A stretch of 64,000 nt of DNA, taken from the NCBI GenBank assembly GCA_965219685.1, contig CBDCOH010000002.1, positions 4,128,001-4,192,000 on the forward strand, read 5' to 3'. The first letter of the stretch is position 1. Each line of letters opens with the position of its first letter. This DNA is from Candidatus Spongiisociaceae bacterium (GTDB lineage: Bacteria > Actinomycetota > Acidimicrobiia > Spongiisociales > Spongiisociaceae). Shown piece after piece: positions 38,955-47,959 of this stretch. The notes beneath the pieces were generated by a model. It did no database searches. It was not told the origin of the DNA and worked only from the letters and a program-made list of their open reading frames with translations. The translations under genes and the position numbers were made by a program.

Positions 38955-39042
38955 GGACGAAGCTACTCCTGCACTCGCGCGTCTCTGGCGGTGGCTACGT
39001 TACGAGCGGGCCGCGAAGGTTGTCAATAGGGTGCGGGTCAGG

Positions 39043-39405
39043 TCAGCCCGTAGCAGGTTCGATGATCCCGAACTCGTTGCCGCCCGGCTCCCGGATGCGT
39101 GTCCAACGCCCGACCCCGGGTATCTCCATGGTCTCGGCGATACAACTGCCTCCCGCTCTCTCGCAGGCCGATATGGCCGCTTCCAGATCGGCCACCTGCA
39201 CGGTATTGATCGTGTAGGGCGCGGTACCCTCCGGCGCCAACCCCACCGCTCCGTTGATACCGGGTTCTTCCTCTCCTGTGGTTGCCAGCCAATAGTTGAA
39301 CTCACCCCACCGGTTGAAGGTCCATCCGAGCGCCTCTTCGAAGAACGCCACCGACGCCAGGGGATCTGACGAGTTGAACTCGAAGTGGATGAGACGATTC
39401 TCCAT
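39043..39405 (-). CDS. VOC/glyoxalase family protein
   Basis: 'IHFEF', 'FFEEALGW', 'PGINGA', 'REPGGNEFGIIE'. Confidence 0.9.
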   Translation of the reverse strand: MENRLIHFEFNSSDPLASVAFFEEALGWTFNRWGEFNYWLATTGEEEPGINGAVGLAPEGTAPYTINTVQVADLEAAISACERAGGSCIAETMEIPGVGRWTRIREPGGNEFGIIEPATG

Positions 39406-39486
39406 GGTTTTCCTTTGGTTTGGGAGGATGGATGCCCATCCAGGCTAACCGACCCGTATCCATGTGCTATGTTGGGCCGCGACAAA

Positions 39487-39539
39487 AGCGCCGATTTGAC
39501 GTGTCAGCTTGCGGGCGCTCTAAAAAACCAGCTAAAGCG
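39487..39539 (+). promoter_or_regulatory. SAM-II-class riboswitch
   Basis: AGCGCC-GATTTGA-..-GCTTGC-GGGCGCT-..TAAA..-GCTAAAG follows the SAM-II/SAM_alpha consensus as recalled; upstream of a methionine-synthesis gene. Confidence 0.75.
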
Positions 39540-39569
39540 ACCGGACGTGTATGCGCAATCCGCTTCACG

Positions 39570-39597
39570 GGGCCGCCAAAGCTGGCGGCCCTTCTCT
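39570..39597 (+). terminator. Terminator-like hairpin in the riboswitch leader
   Basis: GGGCCGCCA-AAGC-TGGCGGCCC followed by TTCTCT. Confidence 0.55.
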
Positions 39598-39646
39598 CGT
39601 AACGGCCGCCTTGAGTGCCGGGATCCTGACCCGAACTGGAGGAGCC

Positions 39647-40657
39647 GTGCCCGGATCAGACTCGAGAACGCCCACCCTGTTCGCCAGACTCCTCGCCGAG
39701 ACACCCGTGCTCGTTGCCGATGGGGGTATGGGCACGTCCCTGTTCAAACTCGGCATGCCGACGGGTTGCTGCCCCGAACTGTTGAACGTGGAGAATCCCG
39801 AGATGGTTACACGCGCTCACCAGGGGTTTCTCGATGCGGGGTGTGACGTGGTTCTCACCAACACGTTCGGTGGCAACCGGCGCCGCCTTGCCCTGCACGG
39901 ACTCGAGAATCGGGTCGATGAGCTCAACGCGGCGGGTGTCGCGTTGGTGCGGCAGCTTGTGGAAGACTGCGGACGGCCTGTCGCGGTGGCCGGGAGTGTG
40001 GGCCCCACGGGCGATCTGCTGGTCCCGCTCGGCGATCTCGATCATCGGACCGCAGTGGCTGTCTTCGAGGAGCAGATCGAGGCGTTGGCGAGGGCCGGCG
40101 TGGATGTGGTCTGGATCGAGACCCTCTCGTGCCGGGCGGAACTCGAGGCGGCCTACGAAGCCGCTCGCGTGACGCAGATACCGGTCGTGGCAACCATGAG
40201 CTTCGACACACACGGCAAGACCATGATGGGTTTCGCTCCCGGTCAATTCGGTGCCTGGAGCCAGGCCCAGACTCCCCGGCCGGCCGCGATCGGCGCCAAT
40301 TGCGGGGTGGGAGCGGGAGACGTGGTGCTGGCGGTACGGGAACTCGCAGAGGCACATCCCGGAGCGCCGATAGTCGCCAAGGCCAATTGCGGGCTTCCTG
40401 CCTACACCGAGGGGCATCTCCGGTATCCGCATGGCCCGGACACCATGCCGGCCTATGTCGAACTGGCCATGAGGGCGGGGGCCCGCGTCATCGGGGCCTG
40501 CTGCGGGAGTGGGCCGGGGCACATCGCCGCCATCAGGAACGAGGTCGACTGCAGCCGCGCGAAGGGCGGGGTATCCGCCGAAGAGATCAGCCGCCGCCTC
40601 AGCGTCGTCCCCCGCCCCAAGGCGACGACCGCCAGAACCCGTCGGCGTCGTCGCTAG
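39647..40657 (+). CDS. Stand-alone homocysteine S-methyltransferase (betaine--homocysteine methyltransferase-like)
   Basis: GGAGG RBS and GTG; 'DGGMGTSL', 'TNTFG', 'GANCG', 'KANCGLP', 'IGACCG'. Confidence 0.9.
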   Translation: MPGSDSRTPTLFARLLAETPVLVADGGMGTSLFKLGMPTGCCPELLNVENPEMVTRAHQGFLDAGCDVVLTNTFGGNRRRLALHGLENRVDELNAAGVALVRQLVEDCGRPVAVAGSVGPTGDLLVPLGDLDHRTAVAVFEEQIEALARAGVDVVWIETLSCRAELEAAYEAARVTQIPVVATMSFDTHGKTMMGFAPGQFGAWSQAQTPRPAAIGANCGVGAGDVVLAVRELAEAHPGAPIVAKANCGLPAYTEGHLRYPHGPDTMPAYVELAMRAGARVIGACCGSGPGHIAAIRNEVDCSRAKGGVSAEEISRRLSVVPRPKATTARTRRRRR

Positions 40658-40681
40658 GTGTCGGGTGTCAACCAACAGCAA

Positions 40682-41341
40682 CTAGCAACTAGCAACTAGC
40701 CGCGTGAAGCTGAACCCGTCGCCGATGGGGACGATTACGGTCTCGGTGCGGGAATCCGTTTGGATATGCCGGGCGAAGGCGGTTGACGCCATAGCGACCG
40801 GATCCGGCTGCTCGTCGACGACCCGGCCGTTCATGAAAAGATTGTCGGCGATCAGGATCCCGGATGGCTTGAGGCGCGGTACCAACTCTTCGTAGTAGAG
40901 GATGTAGCTCTCCTTGTCGGCGTCCACGAAGGCCAGATCGACCGACCTGGTGGACGGAAGGGCTCTCAGAGTCTCGAGCGCCGGAGCGATCCTGAGGTCG
41001 ATTCGCTCCGCCACGCCCGCCCTCTCCCAGTAACGGCGGGCGACCGACGTGTGCTCCTCGTCGATGTCGCAGCACAACAGTCGCCCGTCCGCCGGAAGGG
41101 CCCGAGCCATGGCGAGCGCCGACAGTCCAGTGAAGGTTCCTACCTCCACAACGAAGTGGGCGCGGACCAGCTTCACCATGAATGCGAGCAGGGCCGCCTG
41201 CTCGATACCGACTTGCATGGTGCGGATCGCTCCCATGGCGGCTGTCTCCCTGACCAGCTCATCCACCAGGGGATCGGGGGGAGGGTTGTGGGCGATCAAG
41301 TATTCGTATATGGCTGCGGGCAGGTGCGGGTTCTGGCTCAT
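40682..41341 (-). CDS. Class I SAM-dependent O-methyltransferase (CCoAOMT/COMT-like)
   Basis: 'EVGTFTGLSAL', 'FVDADK', 'ADN', 'IGDG'; stop codon lies inside an AACTAGC array. Confidence 0.93.
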   Translation of the reverse strand: MSQNPHLPAAIYEYLIAHNPPPDPLVDELVRETAAMGAIRTMQVGIEQAALLAFMVKLVRAHFVVEVGTFTGLSALAMARALPADGRLLCCDIDEEHTSVARRYWERAGVAERIDLRIAPALETLRALPSTRSVDLAFVDADKESYILYYEELVPRLKPSGILIADNLFMNGRVVDEQPDPVAMASTAFARHIQTDSRTETVIVPIGDGFSFTRLVASC

Positions 41342-41353
41342 GCCCGGAATCTA

Positions 41354-41465
41354 GTGAGTGGTGAGTGGTGAGTGGTGAGTGGTGAGTGGTGAGTGGTGAG
41401 TGGTGAGTGGTGAGTGGTGAGTGGTGAATGGTGAATGGTGAATGGTGAATGGTGAATGGTGAATG
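41354..41465. repeat. Heptamer array (GTGAGTG)10(GTGAATG)6
   Basis: Counted directly; perfect units. Confidence 0.97.
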
Positions 41466-41547
41466 GTGGTAACTCTAGAGGGTACTCGCCTTCCGGGACA
41501 GGACGACCACGATTAGCCGGCTAGGTGTGGTAGCTGGCAACTGGCAA
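41450..41547. repeat. Dispersed composite element, copy B
   Basis: Homologous to 9783-9884; followed by further TGGCAAC-type units up to ~41585. Confidence 0.8.
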
Positions 41548-41606
41548 CTGGCATGGGGCATCGGGCAACTGGTAACGGGCAACGGCCGTTACCATCCGCG
41601 GCGGTC

Positions 41607-42824
41607 ATGAAGCATGTGGATCTCGTCATCATCGGGGCCGGCCCGGCCGGCGCAGCCACCGCGATACGCGCCGCTCGCCAGGGGGTCAAGACCGTTGTGT
41701 TCGATCGGGCGCCTTACGGACGCGACAAGGCGTGCGGTGACGGCCTGACACCGAGGGCCGTGGGTGTGCTTGGCCAACTGGGGATCGATCTCGGCGACGC
41801 CCACCTGATCCACGGCCTCCGGATGATCGCCGGTTCCACCGAGCGCGTGCTCCCGTGGCCGGAGACGAGTCGGTTCCCCGCGTACGGGGCGGTCTGGCCC
41901 CGCCGGGCGCTGGACGCGGCGTTAGTCGACGCGGCCTCCGCGGCGGGTGCGGAGATCGTGTGGAACACCGAGGCGCTGCCTGTCTTCGAAGATGAGCGTG
42001 TGGAGGGGGTCAGGGCGGGTGGCGAGATCTGGAAGGCGCAGATGGTGGTGGCTGCAGGCGGCGCCCCGGGAAAGGTCGCCAGGATCCTGGGGGCGACGCG
42101 TGCGTCACAGGAGCCTTACGGGGTGGCGATCCGCAGCTACGTCTCCTCGCCCCGTCACGCCGAGCGTTACCTCGAGGCATGCCTGACCATGCAGGATGCG
42201 GGTGGTAACTCGATTCCGGGGTACGGGTGGATCTTCCCGGCCGGTGACGGAACGGTGAACATCGGAGCCGGGTCGATGTCGACCATGAAGCGTTTCAAAA
42301 GGCTCAACCTCAACTCGTTGCTCGAGCTCTACCACTCCGGTGTACGGGACTCGTGGGAGCTGGGCCCATACCTGGAGCGCCCCCGGGCATGGCGCCTGCC
42401 CATGAGCACGGTACGAAGGCATGGTCCGGGATGGGTGGCGGTGGGGGATGCCGCCGGGCTGATCAACCCGATGAACGGGGAAGGAATCGACTACGGCCTC
42501 GAGTCGGGAATGATCGCCGCCGACCTCTTCGTCAAGGATCCGGCAAACGCCCCGCGGGCTTACGACCAGGCCATAGGGGAGCGTTTCGATGCCTTCCTGC
42601 GTACCGGTCGGCGATTCTCCTTCCTCATCGGTCATCCCTCGATCCTCAAGGCGGGGCTACGCCTTGCGGTGGGAACTCAGGCCATAGCAGGCGTGACGCT
42701 CCGGGTCATGGGGAACCTCGTCGACTCGGAATCCCCGGGCGTGGCGGGGAAGGTGCTTGCCGCGGCCGACCGTACCCTGGCCGTGGCCGATCCTGTTCTT
42801 CGAAGGACCCGGGCTCGCGGGTAG
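41607..42824 (+). CDS. Geranylgeranyl reductase family FAD oxidoreductase (MenJ-like)
   Basis: 'IIGAGPAG', 'RDKACGDGLTPR', 'GYGWIFP', 'GDAAG..NPMNGEGI'. Confidence 0.9.
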   Translation: MKHVDLVIIGAGPAGAATAIRAARQGVKTVVFDRAPYGRDKACGDGLTPRAVGVLGQLGIDLGDAHLIHGLRMIAGSTERVLPWPETSRFPAYGAVWPRRALDAALVDAASAAGAEIVWNTEALPVFEDERVEGVRAGGEIWKAQMVVAAGGAPGKVARILGATRASQEPYGVAIRSYVSSPRHAERYLEACLTMQDAGGNSIPGYGWIFPAGDGTVNIGAGSMSTMKRFKRLNLNSLLELYHSGVRDSWELGPYLERPRAWRLPMSTVRRHGPGWVAVGDAAGLINPMNGEGIDYGLESGMIAADLFVKDPANAPRAYDQAIGERFDAFLRTGRRFSFLIGHPSILKAGLRLAVGTQAIAGVTLRVMGNLVDSESPGVAGKVLAAADRTLAVADPVLRRTRARG

Positions 42825-43014
42825 ACGGACGTTCGAGACACCCGGACCCGATCAGCGACCTCGCCCGTCACGGGCATCGCGAGCCCTGGTCGCCACCTGT
42901 CGGGAGTCGTGTCATGGACGTAGCGCTCCCGGACGGTCTAGAGTCAGAGTCGGGCACCTTCAGGGAGTCCACGCCGGAGTTTGGTAGGTCGGTCCGACAG
43001 CGAGAGGGCGACAG

Positions 43015-44193
43015 ATGGCAGGAATCACCTTTGATGCGGTGGGCAAGATATATGGCGGCGAGACACGGGCGATAGCCGACGTATCGATAGATGTGGGCGA
43101 CGGCGAATTCGTCGTGCTCGTCGGTCCTTCCGGCTGCGGCAAGTCCACCCTCTTGCGAATGGTGGCAGGGCTCGAGGAGATCACCGAAGGCGTCATCAAG
43201 ATCGGTGACCGGGTGGTCAACGACGTGGCGCCTAAGGATCGCGATATCGCGATGGTCTTCCAGAACTATGCCCTGTACCCGCACATGACCGTGCGGGACA
43301 ACATGGCATTCGGTCTGAAGCTGCGCAACACCCCGAAGAAGGAGATTGCAGCCCGCGTGGAGGAAGCGGCTCGGGTTCTCGAAATCACCGACTTCCTCAA
43401 CCGCAAGCCCAGGGCGCTGTCCGGAGGCCAGCGACAGCGGGTTGCTATGGGTAGGGCCATCGTGCGAGAGCCTGCGGCCTTCCTGATGGACGAACCGCTC
43501 TCGAACCTCGACGCCAAGCTGCGAGTCCAGATGCGATCGGAACTCGGTCTGCTCCATGCCAGGCTCGGGACGACGACTCTCTACGTTACCCACGACCAGG
43601 TGGAAGCAATGACCATGGGAGACCGTGTGGCCGTTCTCAAGGCGATCGCCGACGTGGAGTCGAACCTTCAGCAGATCGCCGCTCCGAGAGAGTTGTACGA
43701 CCACCCGGTCAACCTGTTCGTAGCCGGCTTCATCGGCTCTCCCGCGATGAACTTCGTTTACGCCACCGCCAATTCACGGGGAACTTCGACCACGCTCGAC
43801 TTCGGCGGTCACAGCCTGGCTGTGGACGGAACCTCGCTTCCGGACGGAGTAGCCGGCAAGGAGATCGTCCTGGGTGTCAGGCCGGAGGCGTTCGAGATCC
43901 GGTCGGCGGCCGGCGCCGGTGGAAGCTCGGTGACGGTGGACATCAACCTGGTCGAGCAACTCGGCTCGGAGGCGTACGTGCACTTCATGGTCCCGGTTCC
44001 GCCGGTCGTAACCGCAGACATCGAGGCCCTGCTGGCTGACGAGGGTGCCGACGCCAAGTCGTTGGGCGAGGAGACCAAGTTCACGGCCCGGATAAACCCG
44101 GATCACGCGCCCCGGGTAGGCCAATCCGCTGAGTTGGTCATCGACACCTCGAAGCTGCACTTCTTCGATAAGGAAACCGGCGACGCTCTCTAG
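43015..44193 (+). CDS. Carbohydrate ABC transporter ATPase (MsiK/MalK-like)
   Basis: 'GPSGCGKST', '[11 protein letters not shown]', '[14 protein letters not shown]'. Confidence 0.95.
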   Translation: MAGITFDAVGKIYGGETRAIADVSIDVGDGEFVVLVGPSGCGKSTLLRMVAGLEEITEGVIKIGDRVVNDVAPKDRDIAMVFQNYALYPHMTVRDNMAFGLKLRNTPKKEIAARVEEAARVLEITDFLNRKPRALSGGQRQRVAMGRAIVREPAAFLMDEPLSNLDAKLRVQMRSELGLLHARLGTTTLYVTHDQVEAMTMGDRVAVLKAIADVESNLQQIAAPRELYDHPVNLFVAGFIGSPAMNFVYATANSRGTSTTLDFGGHSLAVDGTSLPDGVAGKEIVLGVRPEAFEIRSAAGAGGSSVTVDINLVEQLGSEAYVHFMVPVPPVVTADIEALLADEGADAKSLGEETKFTARINPDHAPRVGQSAELVIDTSKLHFFDKETGDAL

Positions 44194-44368
44194 CCCGGCT
44201 CTTCCCGTTAGCTGAGAACCGACGGTCTTAACGCTTGGAGTTGTAGGTTTCTGTACATGTTCACCTGCTTGCCGCCCAATATCCGCCGGAAACCCGGCGT
44301 GCGGGGGTCTTCCTAGCTAACCTTTGAGGGTCCCGCTGCCAGCCGGGCAGCGGAGGAAGGGAGGGAAA

Positions 44369-45697
44369 ATGGCACAAACGGGTCTTGACAGTTTCTTCAA
44401 GATCTCAGAGCGTGGATCCTCGGTAGGAACAGAGGTTCGAGCCGGTGTGACCACGTTCCTGGTAATGGCCTACATCCTATTCGTCAACGCCGACATTCTC
44501 GGCGCGGCCGGTCTTGATCCGGTCTCGGTAGCGGCCGCAACGGCCCTGGTTGCCGGGATACTGACGATTGCGATGGGTGTCTTCTCGAACTATCCGATCG
44601 CCATGGCAGCCGGTCTCGGGCTCAACGCCGCCGTTGCTTTCGGGCTGGTACTCACCGATGGTCTGACCGCCGAGGGGGCGATGGGAGTGATCGTCTGGGA
44701 GGGCATCCTCGTCACCTTGCTGGTGGTCCTCGGGCTGCGGGAAGCTGTAATGGAAGCGATTCCCGCCAGCCTGAAGTACTCGATAGGTGTAGGCATCGGG
44801 TTGTTCATCCTTTTCATCGGGTTGGTCAACGGAGGGCTCGTCCAGGGCGGCGGTGCGATCGTTGAGTTCGTATTCCCGACCACGGTCTCCCAAGGCGTGA
44901 CTTTGATCGGTGTCCTGATCGCGGTAGTGCTCCTGGTCCGCAAGGTCAAGGGGGCGATGATCATTACGATCATCCTCACCACCATCATCGCCTTGATCCT
45001 CGGTGTGGTCGACCTACCCGACAGCCTGGCTGCGACCGTGAGCTTCGATACTCTCGGCGCTGTCGATATGGGCAACGTGTGGGTGGAGATGGGCGCCCTG
45101 GTGGCGATCCTGACGATCTTCACCTTCATGCTGACCGACTTCTTCGACACGATGGGAACCGCTACTGCGATCGTTGAGCAGGCGGAACTCACGGACGACG
45201 AGGGCCGGATCCCGAACCTGCGCAACCTGCTACTGGTCGACTCCATAGGGGCGGCCATCGGTGGCTTGTGCGGTGTCAGTTCCAACACAAGCTACATCGA
45301 GAGTTCGGCGGGTGTTGCGGAAGGCGGCAGGACAGGCTTCGCGTCGGTGGTGACCGGGGTACTGTTCCTCATCGCCATCATCCTGTCCCCTCTGGCGCTG
45401 CTGGTTCCGGGGCAGGCGACTGCGCCGGTGCTCATCCTCATCGGCTTCTTGATGATCGGCTTGCTGAAGCACATCGATTTCACGGATCTGGAAGAGGGGC
45501 TGCCGGCTTTGCTGGCAATCATCCTCATGCCGCTTACCTTCTCGATTACGGTGGGCATCGCGGCTGGCTTCGTGACCCATACCCTGATCAAGATCGTCAA
45601 GGGCAAGGCGAGCCAAGTCCACGTCCTGATGTGGATCGTTACGGCAGCTTGCGTGGTTTACTTCGGACAGAGCCTGCTGAACCACTGGTTCGGATAG
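44369..45697 (+). CDS. NCS2/AzgA-type purine permease
   Basis: 'TEVRAGVTTFLVMAYI', 'DFFDTMGT', 'YIESSAGVAEGGRTG'. Confidence 0.93.
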   Translation: MAQTGLDSFFKISERGSSVGTEVRAGVTTFLVMAYILFVNADILGAAGLDPVSVAAATALVAGILTIAMGVFSNYPIAMAAGLGLNAAVAFGLVLTDGLTAEGAMGVIVWEGILVTLLVVLGLREAVMEAIPASLKYSIGVGIGLFILFIGLVNGGLVQGGGAIVEFVFPTTVSQGVTLIGVLIAVVLLVRKVKGAMIITIILTTIIALILGVVDLPDSLAATVSFDTLGAVDMGNVWVEMGALVAILTIFTFMLTDFFDTMGTATAIVEQAELTDDEGRIPNLRNLLLVDSIGAAIGGLCGVSSNTSYIESSAGVAEGGRTGFASVVTGVLFLIAIILSPLALLVPGQATAPVLILIGFLMIGLLKHIDFTDLEEGLPALLAIILMPLTFSITVGIAAGFVTHTLIKIVKGKASQVHVLMWIVTAACVVYFGQSLLNHWFG

Positions 45698-45723
45698 ACC
45701 ACAACCCAGATAGGACTCAAGTG

Positions 45724-45746
45724 GAGGGCGCCGAATAGGCGCCCTT
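45724..45746 (+). terminator. Hairpin after the permease
   Basis: GAGGGCGCC-GAATA-GGCGCCCTT. Confidence 0.6.
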
Positions 45747-45753
45747 CGCTGTG

Positions 45754-45846
45754 GTGAGTCGTGAGTGGTGAGTCGTGAGTCGTGAGTCGTGAAGTGTTAG
45801 AGCTCTACCAGCCACAAGCCACAAGCCACAAGGCACCAGCCACCAG
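45754..45846. repeat. Two opposed heptamer arrays (GTGAGTC-type / CAAGCCA-type) around the palindrome TAGAGCTCTA
   Basis: Palindrome at 45798-45807. Confidence 0.85.
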
Positions 45847-45858
45847 TATCATCGGCCC

Positions 45859-46869
45859 ATGGAGGAGTTCGTCCGGGGTCTGCCAAAGGCGGAACTGCAT
45901 CTCCACATCGAGGGAACTCTCGAACCGGAGTTGATGTTCGAATTGGCGGAGCGAAACCAGTTGGAGATTCCCTATGGCTCCGTGGACGAGGTCAGAGCCG
46001 CCTACGAATTCGACGATCTACAGGCCTTCCTCGACATTTACTACCAGGCTGCCGAGGTTCTTCGGACGGAGGACGACTTCGCAGACCTGATGGCTGCCTA
46101 CCTGCATCGGGCGGTGGCCGACGGGGTACGTCACGCCGAGATCTTCTTCGATCCCCAGACCCACACCGAGCGGGGTGTCGACGTAGGGACCGTGATCCGA
46201 GGATTCGCCCGGGCCCGTATGGCAGCCGCGGCGGACATCTCCACGACGCTCATCCTGTGCTTTCTTCGCCACCTGCCCGCCCGTTCCGCGGTGGAGGTCC
46301 TTGAGGCGTCCCTGCCTTACCTGGAGCACCTCCAAGGAGTCGGGCTCGATTCGGGTGAGGCGGGCAATCCCCCCGAGTTGTTCGCGGAACCCTACCGGCT
46401 GGCCGTGGAGGCTGGGCTGAGGCCTGTGGCCCACGCAGGTGAGGAGGGTCCCGCTGAGTACGTACGGGCGGCCCTCGACGTTCTCGGCGTGGAGCGCATC
46501 GATCACGGGGTCAGAGCGTCCGACGACCCCGAGTTGGTCCGGCGACTGGCCGAGGAGGGGATCCCGCTGACGATGTGCCCGCTCTCGAACCAGAAGCTCA
46601 AGGTCGTTCCGGATCTGGCCGACCACAACCTGAAGGAGTTGATGCACGCCGGGGTCATGGTGACGGTCAACTCGGACGACCCGGCCTACTTCGGGGGGTA
46701 CGTGGCCGACAACTACCTGGCAATCGCCGAGGCTCTCGACTTCTCGCACGATGACCTGGCTAGGTTGGCACTCAACTCCATCGAGGCCTCGTTCCTGCCC
46801 GATGACCGCAAGGCCGCACTCCGCGAGGAGATCACGGCATACGTAGAGTCGGTAGTCGGTAGTCGGTAG
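45859..46869 (+). CDS. add: Adenosine/adenine deaminase
   Basis: 'PKAELHLHIEGTLEP', 'AHAGEEG', 'RIDHGV', 'NSDDPAYF'. Confidence 0.95.
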   Translation: MEEFVRGLPKAELHLHIEGTLEPELMFELAERNQLEIPYGSVDEVRAAYEFDDLQAFLDIYYQAAEVLRTEDDFADLMAAYLHRAVADGVRHAEIFFDPQTHTERGVDVGTVIRGFARARMAAAADISTTLILCFLRHLPARSAVEVLEASLPYLEHLQGVGLDSGEAGNPPELFAEPYRLAVEAGLRPVAHAGEEGPAEYVRAALDVLGVERIDHGVRASDDPELVRRLAEEGIPLTMCPLSNQKLKVVPDLADHNLKELMHAGVMVTVNSDDPAYFGGYVADNYLAIAEALDFSHDDLARLALNSIEASFLPDDRKAALREEITAYVESVVGSR

Positions 46870-46893
46870 TCGGTAGTCGGTAGTCGGTAGTCG
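46847..46893. repeat. (AGTCGGT)6 array supplying the deaminase stop codon
   Basis: Counted directly. Confidence 0.95.
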
Positions 46894-47091
46894 CAGCCAC
46901 CTCCCGGCAGCCGGCCACGCCGCCCACCATCGACCCATCCACCATCCCAGGGCTGACCACCGGGCTAATGTGGGGGTAACGGATCCCGAAGCTCCTGCGT
47001 TGTTTCTTGCGGGATGACCCCTTCAGGCATCCGGTCTCCGGCGCGATGTGCAGCGGGAACCGGCACGACGCGGGAAAGGCCGGGTCCTGTC

Positions 47092-47121
47092 TTGGAAAAT
47101 GGTTGTACCAGCGGCCATAAT
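47092..47121 (+). promoter_or_regulatory. Putative sigma-A promoter of rplY
   Basis: TTGGAA-18 nt-CATAAT. Confidence 0.35.
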
Positions 47122-47165
47122 CTGGCGGTCGCCTTGACCGTTGTTGCTCGTCCCTAGGAGTCGTC

Positions 47166-47801
47166 ATGTCGGAGGTCACACTACGAGCGGAGACCGGCCG
47201 CGCCACCGGTACCAGACCGTCACGCCGGTTGAGGAGGCAGGGAAAGGTCCCCGCCACTCTGTACGGTCACGACACCGATGCCGTTTCGGTAGCGGTCGAC
47301 GCCCGCGAGTTGCGGACCGCTCTGTCCACCGAGGCCGGGATCAACGCGGTGATACGCCTACGTGTGGGCAGGGAAACCCACACGTCGCTGGCGCGCCAGT
47401 TGCAGCGCCACCCGACCCGGGGTGACATCATCCACCTCGACTTCGTCAAGATCGCGCTCACCGACCGTGTCGATGCCGTGGTACATGTCGAGTTGATCGG
47501 TGATCCGGTGGGGGTCACCGAGGACGGTGGGATCGTCGAAACGGTCGCGAACACGGTGAACGTGCACACCCTGGTCACTGCCATTCCCGAGTCGATACAG
47601 ATTGACATCTCGGATCTCCGAGCCGGCCAATCGGTAAGGGTGGCTGAACTCCCCGCGTTTGACGGTGTCGACTATCTTGACGATCCCGACCAACCCATCG
47701 TCACCATCAGCCTCCCCGCCGCAGCTCTGGTGGAGGAAGAAGAGCACGAGGAGGGGGACCTCGAGCCGGGAGACCTTGACGAGCCTGGTGCGACGGTCTG
47801 A
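47166..47801 (+). CDS. rplY: 50S ribosomal protein L25/Ctc
   Basis: 'SRRLRRQGKVPATLYG', 'QRHP..IHLDF'. Confidence 0.95.
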   Translation: MSEVTLRAETGRATGTRPSRRLRRQGKVPATLYGHDTDAVSVAVDARELRTALSTEAGINAVIRLRVGRETHTSLARQLQRHPTRGDIIHLDFVKIALTDRVDAVVHVELIGDPVGVTEDGGIVETVANTVNVHTLVTAIPESIQIDISDLRAGQSVRVAELPAFDGVDYLDDPDQPIVTISLPAAALVEEEEHEEGDLEPGDLDEPGATV

Positions 47802-47959
47802 AAGGAACGTGCCTAGGCCGGCACGGACCGACCGCTCCGCCCGCAAGGTGACGGCATAGGGCCGCCGGAGGTCGGGCGGATCCGGCGACGGGCGACCGGC
47901 GTACCATCAGGCATGTGAAGTTCCGGAAGGCGGGTCGGGGCGGGACGCCGCGGCGTGAG

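Noticed and set aside
41354-41465. CRISPR array
   Set aside because: Contiguous 7-bp units with no spacers and no cas genes
42915-42932. LacI-type operator (GTAGCGCTCCC) upstream of the sugar ABC ATPase
   Set aside because: Only a half-match to a palindromic site; too weak to call
44194-44368. Purine riboswitch upstream of the NCS2 permease
   Set aside because: Consensus core not found; only a hairpin (CCGCTGCC/GGCAGCGG) near the RBS
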